The position numbers and the translations under genes were made by a program. The notes beneath the pieces are model-generated. The model saw only the letters and a list, made by a program, of their open reading frames with translations. It was not told the DNA's origin and ran no database searches. From the NCBI GenBank assembly GCA_905178155.1, contig CAJINV010000004.1, positions 9,873,570-9,937,569 of the forward strand: DNA of 64,000 nt, in the 5' to 3' direction. This document shows, in pieces, positions 1 through 11,400 of the stretch (its first letter is position 1; each line of letters opens with the position of its first letter). This DNA is from Amoebophrya sp. A120. Lineage: Eukaryota > Protista > Dinoflagellata.

Positions 1-1137
1 TCGGATCGTGCCCCGGACCAAGTAGGCGAGGGCGAGGCCCTGCGCACCAATTCACAATGGAGGCCGAAAGGGAGGCCGCTGATTCATTGAAGAGGGCGCG
101 GCCAGAGCGGGCCCCTCCGTTCCGTATCGACGACACACTTGCCGCCGCCAAGGTGCGCGCCTCCATCCGCCGGCCGGTGGGCCTCGTGTCGTACGCCCTT
201 GCTTGGATTTTCTTCGTGTGGGGTTGGTGTGCCCCGCGGCTTGTTTGGTTGTCGTGCTCGCTATTTTGCGTGGGAGGAAGGGGGGGGCGAGGGTGTGCCC
301 TCTCGGGTATTTCCATCCCGCCCCCCCCTCAAAGTGCCCCGCATTCCTTGGTGACCAAGAAGCGCAGCTATGTTCTGTTGGTTCTTGGCCCCGCCCGTCT
401 TCATCGGCGCAAGATGTTGCCGCCCTTGCAAGGAAGTAAATATGCAGGCCCATGGGGGAATGTCTGTGGCTTCGCGCCTAGTATGCGAGCCATGTGGCGT
501 CAGAATCCATCGCACACCACAGCCAGTCCGCGGTCGGTGTTCTAGGTTGCCGATATCTACTAAATAGGGCTTGTCTGTCTATGCAAAGTACTCTGCGATA
601 GTAGTTTTGGTGTGTTGCTTGCGCCTCATATTTCGCAATGTCATTCGTGATACAATTGAGCGATCGGATATACCCACTAGCAGCTCCCCATGTACAACTT
701 TCTTCTATCTTTGTGAAAAGAAGGGTATTACGAGTCGACGATGGCACCACGTTTTTACTCACCTATGTTACATTTAAGTTTGTCCCTTGACCGAGTTCCT
801 GTTGTCTTCGGGTTCGGCATTGATTTCGGCATAGCAGTCCTTGTCATTTGGCCTAGACAACAAGGAGAAATCTTTAAGTCAATATTAGGAGGTAACGAAT
901 TTCTCGATTCGGTATCTGTATCTGTAAGCGCCAAACATCAACACGATGAGCGAACCGCCCTGGATTAGTCCATCCTCCTCTCCGTCGGTGCTGGTTTCTG
1001 GAGCATAGAAGCCACCGGAGCGCTCGCAACCGCATCTCCCGTCGAGGTCGAGTCGGAGTCAAGGCAAAGCGTTTTCTTCTCCTGATTCATCCACCCCAGG
1101 AGCCACGTAGCCTCTCCGAGAAACACCTCAGCCCGCC

Positions 1138-4100
1138 ATGGCCTGGTGCGTGTTCGCTCTCTTCGACCGTAATGCATGGAAGCTTGCCGTTGGTGGCACT
1201 TTCGCGCTCGACCTTCTTTTGCAGTTCATCTGTGCAATCTGGGCCGCACAGTCCAGTATCTGGGAATTCCACCATGGCGCCGTGGACTTACTGGTGCTCG
1301 CCGCGTTTCGCGCCGTGCTGTCCGCTGGCATCACGTATTTCATGTGTTGCCTTTTTCCATAAGAAAAAAGCCCTTCCTGTAAAGTACACTGCGATGACGT
1401 TTCTGCATGTAAGTCAGTACTTATGATGAAAAGGAGGTAATTGAATAGTACTCATTTCAAAACCGATCTTATCCAGGATCGTCTCCGTCTGGTGGTGGCG
1501 TCGTGGGATGCGCCGCGCCCGGAGCCACATCGAGCAAGCAACCACCTCTGACGAATCCTCGAGCAGCAGCTCCTCTGCGGATATCGCGGAAAACGTCGCA
1601 TCGGAACTCTTGATTTGCGCTGAGGTGCCAGGAGGAACCACTTCGACTTCCTCTCCAAAAAATACAACCTCGAGCAGTAGAATTAGCAGCTCAACTGCAC
1701 CCTCGTCCACCGCAGATGACTTTCTCCTCGAGAACCTCAACCGACCTGCGGTGGATGCTCTGGGCGAGAAGCGGGATTCGGACGGTGTTGAGAGGAAAAA
1801 GCTGTACGTCAACGACGTAAAGGCGGCGGAATTCGCGAAGCTGGTCCTGCTGTATTTCCTCTTCGTGTGCTGCTTCGCCATGTCGGTCTACACTGGGGTG
1901 AAAACGGTCGTGTTCGGAGATGACAGCAGCAACGGACGAGGAACAAGCTCTGCTTCCCCGGATGGTGAGGAGCCCTCGACTCTATTCCACCTGTTCGTGT
2001 CGAAAACCTTCTTCAGCGATGGCAACATCAACAGCAATCTTACGCAAGATCCTGGCTTCGACTTCATCTCGGACTCCGCCACCAGCACGCGGTGGCTTTC
2101 CTATTTTCTGGGTACGGGGGTTTTCCTCATCAATCTGGAATTTTTCCTTCTCCGGGACTTCATTGAGGATCTCACCAAGGAAGAAGGCGAAGTGGTGAAG
2201 CGGCTCCATCCACACCCGCTCTTCTTCACGCTCGATCTCCAGTGTCACTACTGCGACGTGTGCCACGAAAAGACGCAGAAGCCGTACTTTGAGGCGTACC
2301 GGTGCAGAACCTGCGACTTCGACCTCTGCCCACGTTGCTACCGGCGGAAAGACAATCCGAATTTCAAGGGGGTGGCGTTCCGCGATGATGAGGGCCAGGA
2401 GAAGGACTCGCTTACCACCATGGGATACTTTAAAAAATGCATCGAGATGTGCATGGAATTCTGGCCGACCATGCTGATGGCGACCGGGAGCCTGGTGGTT
2501 TGCCAGATTTTGACACTGATGGCGCCGAATTTGCAGGGGCAGATTTTCGACGCGATCATTGGAAAGGCGTCGAAGATGATAACCACTGGTGGCGCACCTG
2601 CTGCAGCTGTTGCTGCCCTTAGCACGAGTGGGACTGTAGCAGCGGATCATGGGGGACTTCTCGGGAACATGTTGGCGACTCCTACTAGTGCTCCGGATCA
2701 AATACTTCAACAGGAGCAAGTAGCAACCTCCGCATTCACTTCCTCAACAGTTGCAGCACCAGCGGCACAAGGAGCATTTCACGCAGCAACCGACCCGATT
2801 TCGCAAAAACTTTACGTGGACCTGTCCGCGTTGCAAGAGATGCTGGACCCCTACGCACTGTTCATCCAACCGGTGCTCGAATTCGTCAATCCCTGCGACC
2901 TATCGAATGCAAATATGTCTGAGTCTGGAAAGTTGGAACTTGTGATGCTAGCTTTGGATAATCTAAAAGAACCTGTATTGCATGACTAGCAAGTAGAGGA
3001 GTCCAGTTTGTGCTACGCGGGGAGGGGATTTGTCATGCGGAATAGGCATCGAGAAGCTCTCAGAAGATCTGTGATGCTGGGGAATACATCACAGACGTCA
3101 CGGGTCATGTAAAATCTGCATGACAAGTTGCAACCTTCCAGACCCAGACATATTTGCATTTGACACGACATCCCCGTGGTTCTGCAAGACGACCACCCGG
3201 CCATCCACCCGGACGTTGAGCGGTTCCGCACTGTCATGCGGTGGTACGTTGCGGTCAACGTTTTGTCCGGTTTCTTCAACGGCTTACGCTCCCTCGGCAT
3301 CGAACTCTCCATGCGCTCCCTTGCCGCGATCACCCGGCGGAAAGTGTTCCACAGCTTGATTCAAATCGACATTGCGCACTTCGACGCCATGCACACCGGG
3401 CAGCTGACCTCCCGGTTGACCAACGACGTCTCCGCGATGGTTTCGCCTTTGTCCACCATCATGAACGACTTAGTCTCGAACACCATCTTATGCATTGCAA
3501 AAGTATAATCGTACTAGTATAATTGCAATATTACAAATAATTTCCTTATCATGAGAAATGGAATTTGTATTTGTCATGCGGATTTGCCTGAGCAGAAAGA
3601 TTTGTAATGCAAGACTTGCATTCATTTTCATACGAATTATACGATACTCTTGCACTGCATAAATCTTGCTCGTCGGCGGGATCTTCATGGCCTTTTACAC
3701 CTCCTGGCGCTTGTCCATCCTCGGGATCTGCGTGGTCCCGCCGATCACGTTTATGTACCGCCGGTATAGTCGGTGGGCAAAGGGGATCAACCGGGGGATC
3801 TGGCAGGCCTACGGTGACTGCAACGCCGTCGCGAACGAGGCGATCAGCAACATCCGAACGGTTCGGGCGTTCGCGGCTGAGGACTACGAAATCCACAGAT
3901 TCGACCAGGGAGTCAACGTTGCTTTAAACTACGGCACGAAGAACAGCTACGTGGGCGCCAGTGTGCAGGCCTTCAGCAGCTACATGAACCTCTTCACCGC
4001 GATTCTCATCCTGTGGTACGGTGGGGTGAGCGTGATCAACTCGACGAACAACAGGCCGGACAGTGGTGGAGCCAATGGCGACATGCTGACGATTGGCGGG

Positions 4101-7100
4101 TTGATCACTTTTCAACTCTACTGGAACATGATGAACTCGGCGTTTCTAAATTTATCCAATGTCTTCAACCAACTGATCCGCGCTTCCTCCGCCGCAGAGC
4201 GGGTGTTTCAGATCTATCAAATGTGAAAATGTCTGGGTCTGGAAGAATGCCAGATTTGTCATGCAGGTTTTCCATGACTCATGAAGTCTGGTATGTAGGA
4301 CATAGCATGACAGATTCTGTGAGAGTTCTATCGTGCCTATCCTGCATGAGAAACTGCCGCTCGATTAGGTCAAATAAAGTGGGCAGCTTTTGGTAATCAT
4401 GCAACACAGATTTTTGCATGATTCAGATTTAGCATGACAAGCTGCTTTGTTCCAGACCCACACCTTTTTTCATTCCATAAGATCATCGACGCCACGAAAG
4501 ACAAAGCGAATCTGGTGAAGACGCCGGTACTATCGAAATGAAAAATCCCCCCACCCCACACTCAAACTAGAAATTTGCGATGCAGATTTGTGGTCACAAA
4601 TCAGCTTTGTCATGCTAAAAGGGTGGAAAAGATGCGGACTGTAGTGCTGGTTGGCGTGGGAAAGCCTTGCATCTTCAGCATGACAGGGGGCAGATGGAAG
4701 TGGGAAACAGCATGACAAATTGCCTGCAAACGAGGCCGCAGCTGCGTCTCTTGGCCTTCTAGCATTACAAGTCGATTTGTGTACTCAAATACAGCATCAC
4801 ACATTTCGTTTTCGATATGGGGAGGGGGGATTTTTCCTTTTGATAGGTACCTAGAGGAACCGCGGCGTTGAGTGTGACTGGTGGAGCAACTACTTTTGCG
4901 CAGCAAGGCCGCGGAGGTACTACCACCGGAGCTATTGGCGGTACAGGCGGTGGTTTGAACACGGGGAGCACTTGCGCAACTAGTACAGATCTACGGTCCG
5001 CTACCTCGACTTCCAGCTTTGATACTACAACCAGTGTACAACAGCAGGACAGTAACGGCAACTCTATTACGATCGTCCACGGCGAGCCTTTACTCTCCGC
5101 GGAGGACCGGGCTGAGATGGACAATATTAATTTGAACAACACACACAACGCGGCACAGTCCTCCCCCGCCGGAAAGTCCGACGTGTCCGCAGCGGAAGTG
5201 GCCGCAGCGCTTTCCTCGTCACCGAATTCAGGTGGTTTCGGTACCAGCGACTACGAGTTGCAAGACGTCGTGGCGCATGCTTTACCTGAAACCGATTCCA
5301 CCTCGACAACTGCGGTTGGCACATTGTCCCCCACCTCTACTTCATCTTCCCGGCAGGTATCTTCAAATGTTGTCGAAACCGCAAATAATTCTAGTAATCT
5401 CCTCCCCGTGACCACGATGCAGGGCGAGATAAAGTTAGAGAATGTGCACTTCAAGTACCAAACGCGGCCGGAGAACCCGGTATTGAACGGGTTAAACCTC
5501 ACCTTGAAACCGAACACGACGACCGCTCTGGTTGGGAAATCCGGTGGCGGGAAATCGACCGTCATTCACTTGCTGCTGAAATTCTACGATGTCACGGAGG
5601 GAAAGATCAAGATCGACGGGAAGGACTTGAACACTTTGAATCCCCAGGACGTCCGGAAATTTGTCGGCTTCGTCGCCCAGGACACGCAGCTGTTTGCAAC
5701 TTCGATTCTGGACAACCTGCTCTACGGCTTGGAAAACCGGGAAACCATCACGACGAAGGAAGTGATCGAAGCGTGTAAGTTAGCCAACGCGCACGACTTC
5801 ATCATGGACACAGAAGACAAGTACCAAACGCGGGTGGGCGAGAAGGGGGTGATGCTCTCCGGCGGGCAGAAGCAGCGGCTGGCGTTAGCGCGTATCAAAT
5901 GCAAATATGTCTGGGTCTGGAAGGTTGCAAGTCTGTCATGCTAAGTCTGGATAGCACAAAAATTTGTGTTGCATGATATACCAAAACGTGTCCACTTCTG
6001 AACAAGTTTAGCGGCAGTTTGTCATGCAGGATAGACATGATAGAGACTTCGCAGAACCTGTCATGCTAGGTCCTGCATTGCCGACCTCATGGGGCATGGA
6101 AAATATGCATGACAAGCTGGCATTCGTCCAGACCCAGGCATATTTGCATTTGATAGTGCGGTGCTTTTTGCGAAAGCCAAAATTGCTCTTCCTCGACGAG
6201 GCGACCTCCGCGCTGGTATCCTGTGCAAAAGTATCGTACTCGTATTGCAATCACGCATTACAAGAACAAATCTTTTTCTTAAGGTGAATTCGCATTACAA
6301 AGTTTATTTCTCATGCTGAGGAAACTTGTAATGCATTTATACGAGTACGATACTGTTGTAGTTCATAGCTGGATGCGGAAAACGAAGCGTTGGTGCAAGA
6401 GGGGATTGACAGATTGCTGGAGCAGTGCAACAGCTATCAACTGCAAAAATGTCTGGGTGCTCTGGAAGAGTTGGGACTTGTCATGCACATTTTGCATGGC
6501 CCGTGAGGTCTGTGATGCTGGTGCTAACATCACAGATTTCTTGAGAGCTTCTTGATGCTAATTACGCATGAGAAACGCCCTCTCCGCCTGCCAAGAACTG
6601 ACTCCTCTTGCTGCTCATGCAACACAGATATTTTTAGAATCCCCAGACAGCATTACAAGTCCCACTCTTCCAGACCCAGACACTTTTGCAATCCATAGCA
6701 ACACGGTGCTGTTGATTGCACACCGGTTGTCCACGGTGATGAACGCGGATCAGATCGCGGTGGTGAACGGGGGCAAGATTGTGGAGCTCGGGAACCTATG
6801 AAATGCAAAAGCATCGTACTAGTAGAACTCGCATGACAAATTTCCTCGGCATGAGAAATGAAATTTGTAATGGGGATTTGACTTGAGAAAGAAATTTGTA
6901 ATGCATGAATGTGATTAGTGCGAACGAGTACGATACTTTTGCAATGCATAGAAGCACGAAAAACTGTGCAAAAAAGGCGGAATTTACGCGAAGTTGGTGC
7001 AGCGCCAGATGAAGCGGGATGCGAACGTCATCGACGAACAGAAATTGTTGGACGGGGCTGGGAATAGTCCGGTGGGGTCGAGGACTACAACCAGGTCGAA

Positions 7101-7215
7101 GGAAGCGATTGTGGAGGTTGCGCCGAAGAAAGTTGTGGAGCCGAAGAAGGGTGGCCCGGCAAAAACGGAAATCGATGAACTCTTCGAGTCTGCGGAAATC
7201 GACGATGTTGCGTAA
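1138..7215 (+). CDS. ABCB-type (TAP/ABCB9/10-like) half ABC transporter with an N-terminal Cys/His zinc-finger (C1/DC1/ZZ-like) insert; 10 exons
   Basis: Exons 1138-1334,1477-2900,3171-3488,3667-4214,4485-4530,4851-5892,6161-6216,6373-6434,6703-6796,6956-7215 join in frame. Motifs: TGQLTSRLTND (TMD), Walker A GKSGGGKST, signature LSGGQKQR, Walker B LLFLDEATSALD, H-loop IAHRLS. One GT-AG intron (1335-1476) and 8 introners. Start codon uncertain. Confidence 0.92.
2901..3165. mobile_element. Introner family A (265 nt)
   Basis: TIR tatcgaatgcaaatatgtctgagtctggaa / ttccagacccagacatatttgcatttgaca; flanks cgacc/cgaca; element+5 nt restores the frame. Confidence 0.9.
3489..3661. mobile_element. Introner family B (173 nt)
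   Basis: TIR tatgcattgcaaaagtat / atactcttgcactgcata; flanks catct/aatct. Confidence 0.88.
4215..4479. mobile_element. Introner family A (265 nt), opposite orientation to 2901
   Basis: gtctgggtctggaa / ttccagaccca TIR; perfect direct repeat agatc. Confidence 0.92.
4531..4845. mobile_element. Introner family C (315 nt)
   Basis: TIR tatcgaaatgaaaaatccccccacccca / tggggaggggggatttttccttttgata; direct repeat ggtac. Confidence 0.92.
5893..6155. mobile_element. Introner family A (263 nt)
   Basis: Family A TIRs; flanks gcgcg/gtgcg; interrupts the ABC motif RLALAR|CFLRKP. Confidence 0.92.
6217..6367. mobile_element. Introner family B (151 nt)
   Basis: TIR tatcctgtgcaaaagtatcgtactcgtat; direct repeat gctgg; interrupts the D-loop SAL|D. 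Confidence 0.93.
6435..6697. mobile_element. Introner family A (263 nt)
   Basis: Family A TIRs; degenerate flanks acagc/gcaac; frame restored. Confidence 0.88.
6797..6950. mobile_element. Introner family B (154 nt)
   Basis: Family B TIRs; flanks gaacc/gaagc. Confidence 0.9.
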
Positions 7216-8432
7216 GGGGAGGTACAAAAACAAGCGGTCAGGATTTTTTAGTCGTGGGGCTCGCTTGCCAACAAACATAACTTCTACTGTTGCACTGACG
7301 CTGACCCAGACGCGGCGTATTTTTCTGATCATGTACCGCTCGCGCTCACGATATTCTTCGTTACCGTTACTACCATGCAAAAGACAACGCTTGCTTTCTG
7401 CGCTGTTTCTGGCCAGCTGTGGAAAAATTTACACCGGCTAAGGCTATCGGGAAAGAAGTTCGAAATGAACCGTCGACAACCATCTTCAGTTTTTATAAGC
7501 GTACTACCGCAGCTGGGTGAGCAACTACTTTAAAATTTTCCATAAATGTACCCACGCCTGTGCATGATGAGACCCGTTTTTATCTTGCTTTTGACTTTTT
7601 CTAGAAGTTGCTCAACCGCCAGCATTCCCCGGCGGAACAAATGCTGTCTTATCCTCGGGACTCACTCATAGTAATTCAAAAAGAAAGAAGATGGTTTCTA
7701 CAATGTCAATGTCAATGTACACCAGAGAGCACCACTTCATCTACTAAAGAAGGTGCACGAGAGAAAATCATCGCTAGACACTTCATCTGACGTCTCAATC
7801 TTTGTCGACACGAATAGGATTATAGGCTATGTGAAGGGAGCTGCTGCACTAAATGACGCCTTGTCCACCTCCGTCGATTCTACTTCTGATTCTGAGACTA
7901 CAGATGAGGTTAAAGTCTTCACTTCCTAAACACAAAAATCTTCCATGGCCTCCAATTATGATGAAGAACATGAAACATCAAATGTCAATAGTTGTGGCTG
8001 CTTCTAACCCAAGTAACGCACGGACATCATGGATGTGACTGTACTTAAAGGCTTTGTCGTGGTCGTTGTTGCAAACAACTCATCTAGGGCTTCTTACAAA
8101 AAACTACACCGCGACTTACGCGAAAAGATGAGGCTTGATGCTCATGCTTCCGCTCATCTCGAGCTGTATAGTGATAGTTGTGCTGTTGTTGATGCTGTTC
8201 CACTTCCGCCACATCCGGTGCATTGTACTTATCTAGCTGCAGAAGTAGTCAACGGGAACGGATTCGTCTTGCTGGACAAAAAAGTTCGTCTTGGACTATG
8301 AAAAATAAAGAAATCCCAGGCCAAAGATCACAACTCTGATTTTGATTGAAAGAGCTTTCATGTCGACGAGAACCGCTTTTGTAGCTTTTCTCCTTATTTG
8401 ATTCTGTCATCTCCTAGCGAAAAACGTAGAAC

Positions 8433-11400
8433 ATGATGAACACGACCTCTGGCACTTCATCTGTTGTCGCCAGCCATCCTGTTCCGCACCAGACGGCACA
8501 GCCGGCGCAGGCGGTTTCCTCGAGCACTGCTGCACCCCCGAAAAATATGGACGACTGGCGTGATCCATTCGCGGCCTCTGGCACGGCACGTGGACAGGTA
8601 CCCCTTGCAGGAGGTGCTGGCACAGGAGCGTTAGGGCATGTTTTGCAGCCGGAGAAACCGATAGTACAGAAGACGCATCCTGGCCAACAAGCACAACATT
8701 TTTTTGGCGGCGTCTCTACGACAGGTGGAAGATCATCAACTGCCCATAACCAAGCGCTGGGAGGCCCTGGTATGGCTAGTATGGCCCCAACGTCGTCGTC
8801 GACCGCAAGTGCATCAGCATCATCTTCGAGCAAAAATGCTGGTATGGTCGTTCTTCACCACCACCAAAATACCATTCCGGTCAGGAAACACCCAGATGAC
8901 CACGCAACAAGCATCAAACCAGCAGCGAAGCAGACCAAAAGGAAACCTCCCATGACTTTCGGCTTGAAGAAAAAGAAAAAGAAGACGCACTGGACGTCGA
9001 AACGAGTAAGGATCGAAGCTCACCGCGGACCTGTTTTGTGGGTGCAGGGAAATGTCACCAATTTTGCCGGTGAGTACGAAAAGGAGCGGGACGAATTGTA
9101 TCCCGGTGTTGATCAAAATGCCGGAAACATCGTTGGTGCTTTACCTCCTCCTCCTCCTCCTGCTGTTGTTCCGGCGGATTTCGAGAAGCGGGAGAAGCAG
9201 CATGAGGAGCGGTTTTTTTTCCGCTTGTTTTCGACGTCGAGCTCGGGCCTGAAGAAACATGAACTACATCCTCTCACTAACAGGGCGAGTGCCAGCAGAG
9301 AAGAGACTGCCGACGCTGCAGATGTTGTTGAAACACTGCCTGAAGATATTACTGCACCGGCGGGGGCGGAGGGCGAAAGAAATTTGGGCGAGCTTGGCAA
9401 ACAGCCGAGCGTTGTAGCTGGAAGCGGTGCTGCTGATCGTGCAGTGGGAGGACTAGAGCGCGATGCGGCAGATCATGTTGTCATGATGCAGTGCGACGAG
9501 GAGGTTGACGTTGAAGACGATGTCGAGCTCGACGCAACAAAAGCGGCTGCAAGTACTTCCGGTACAACACCAGCAAGAATCAGTGGCTTGCCTGCCCTGC
9601 CCTCGCCCTCCTCCTCAGAAGTGTCCCCTCAGGTACTATCAGACGCCGACACAAAGAACAAAAAAGATTCTACTGATGAACCCACGGTCTCAACGCGCTC
9701 GCCTTCAATTGAAAATGATGCTCATCTTCTAGAGGACTTCGCAGCACCAACAACCTCCGAAGGGGCCGTGTTATCGATGAAACGGTCTCAACATGAGCCG
9801 ACCTCCCACGCCCACCGGCACCGGAATAATAAGCAGGAGCAAACCAAACAGCAAACGAGAAACCAAGGGATTCCGGCTCATTTGCGGAACCAAAAAGTTC
9901 GCAAGCCGTATTTCGACGCGAATAAGATTCTTCGCAACGCGGTCGGCACGTGGGTCAGCACCGTTCCCAACGTTGTCTGCGAGGGGGCGGCCACGAACAA
10001 GGACAAACTCTGCTGGGTGAGTTACGATCAGCAGAGCGCAGCCCGGATATCAAATGTAAAAGCGTCTGGGCCTGGAAACGTTAACGTCATGCTGTTTTTG
10101 CATGACACAGAAGTGCTGGATGAACCTTTGCATGACACAGAAGTGCTGGATGAACCTTCTTTTTCTCACTTTTCTACCTTTCTTTTTCCTCCCTCGGTGC
10201 TAGTTGAAGGCGTTGCGCAGAACTATTTCTACTTGGGCACCCGCACAACTTCCGTCGCAGCCGTCCCAGTAGTTGCTGTGGATGTTCTTCGGTAGAAATC
10301 GCACTGCCCAATAAATTCCGCTAGAGTTTACCGGGTATGCGGCTACTGTTTGTCGAAATAATTTACATGGGGACGCCCTGCCCTTAGCCTTCCAACATGA
10401 CACAGAAGTGCTGGCATGGAAGCTCGAGCATCACAGTTTTCGAGAAGCTTCCGCAATGCTTAGCATCCGGCCACCTCGTACTTCGAAAAAACTTCAAAAA
10501 GACTTCAAAGATGAGTTCAGTGCGAGTTCAAAACGAACGCACACAAAATCCTATATTTCTCGCAAAGTCATTTGACCTGTTGCAAAATCGCAAAGAGCCA
10601 GCGTTTCTGTCGAAAGTCAGCTGGCTTTGCGTGGTTTGCAATAACTCAAATGACTTTGTGCGGAATTTGCATCAAAAAAAGTCAATTGACTTTATGCTAA
10701 TTTCAAAAAAAGTCAAATGTCTTTTCCTGAATTCGGCTCATTTCGCAAACAGACAGCAAAAATTTGAAGGATGTGCCCAATTTTTTTGCAGAAGTCAGTT
10801 GACTTTTCTGGCAAAAGCTCTCAGAAGTCAATTGGCTTCTCATAAAACGAAAATGAAGAGTCAATTGACTTTGCCTGGAAATCGTCAAAAGTCAATTGAC
10901 CTGCGCCCTTTTTTAGGTCAACTGACAATGGGCAAATTATTGAACTCGGATTAAACTCGTAATGAACTCGGTTTTGAACTCGTGCTCCGGTCTTTTTGAA
11001 AACTCTAAAAGTACGAGGTGGCCCCGTGCTAACAATGCCGAATCCGCATGACAAATTCATCCCCACTTTGGTGACAGAAAGTGGGCGCCTCTTGCGACCA
11101 ATGCATGAGAGATTTTTCTGTGTTCTGGAATGCGCATCACAAGTTTGTATTCTTCCAGGCCCATACATATTTGCAATTCATACCGGACACGGAGCTACTA
11201 CTGGTTCCCGGCGAACTCCGAGCAGGAGATGCTGGAATGCTTCGAACTCGCGATTTTGAATTCCTATCCTGTGCAAAAGTATCGTACTCGTATTGCAATC
11301 ATGCGTCACAAACTTTTTTGTTATAGGTAAATCCGCATTACAAATTTTATTGCTCATGCTGCGGAAATTTGTCATGCATTTATACGAGTACGATACTTTT

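Noticed and set aside
946-1137. Upstream ATG in frame with the ABC gene through two TAG codons, suggesting stop-codon reassignment as reported for one Amoebophrya strain
   Set aside because: All other exons are free of in-frame stops over thousands of codons, and genes end in TAA, TAG and TGA. The standard code fits.
10564-10925. Spaced palindromic repeats resembling a CRISPR array
   Set aside because: The units are only about 14 nt, degenerate and irregularly spaced. They lie inside a TIR element in a eukaryotic intron, and no cas genes are present.
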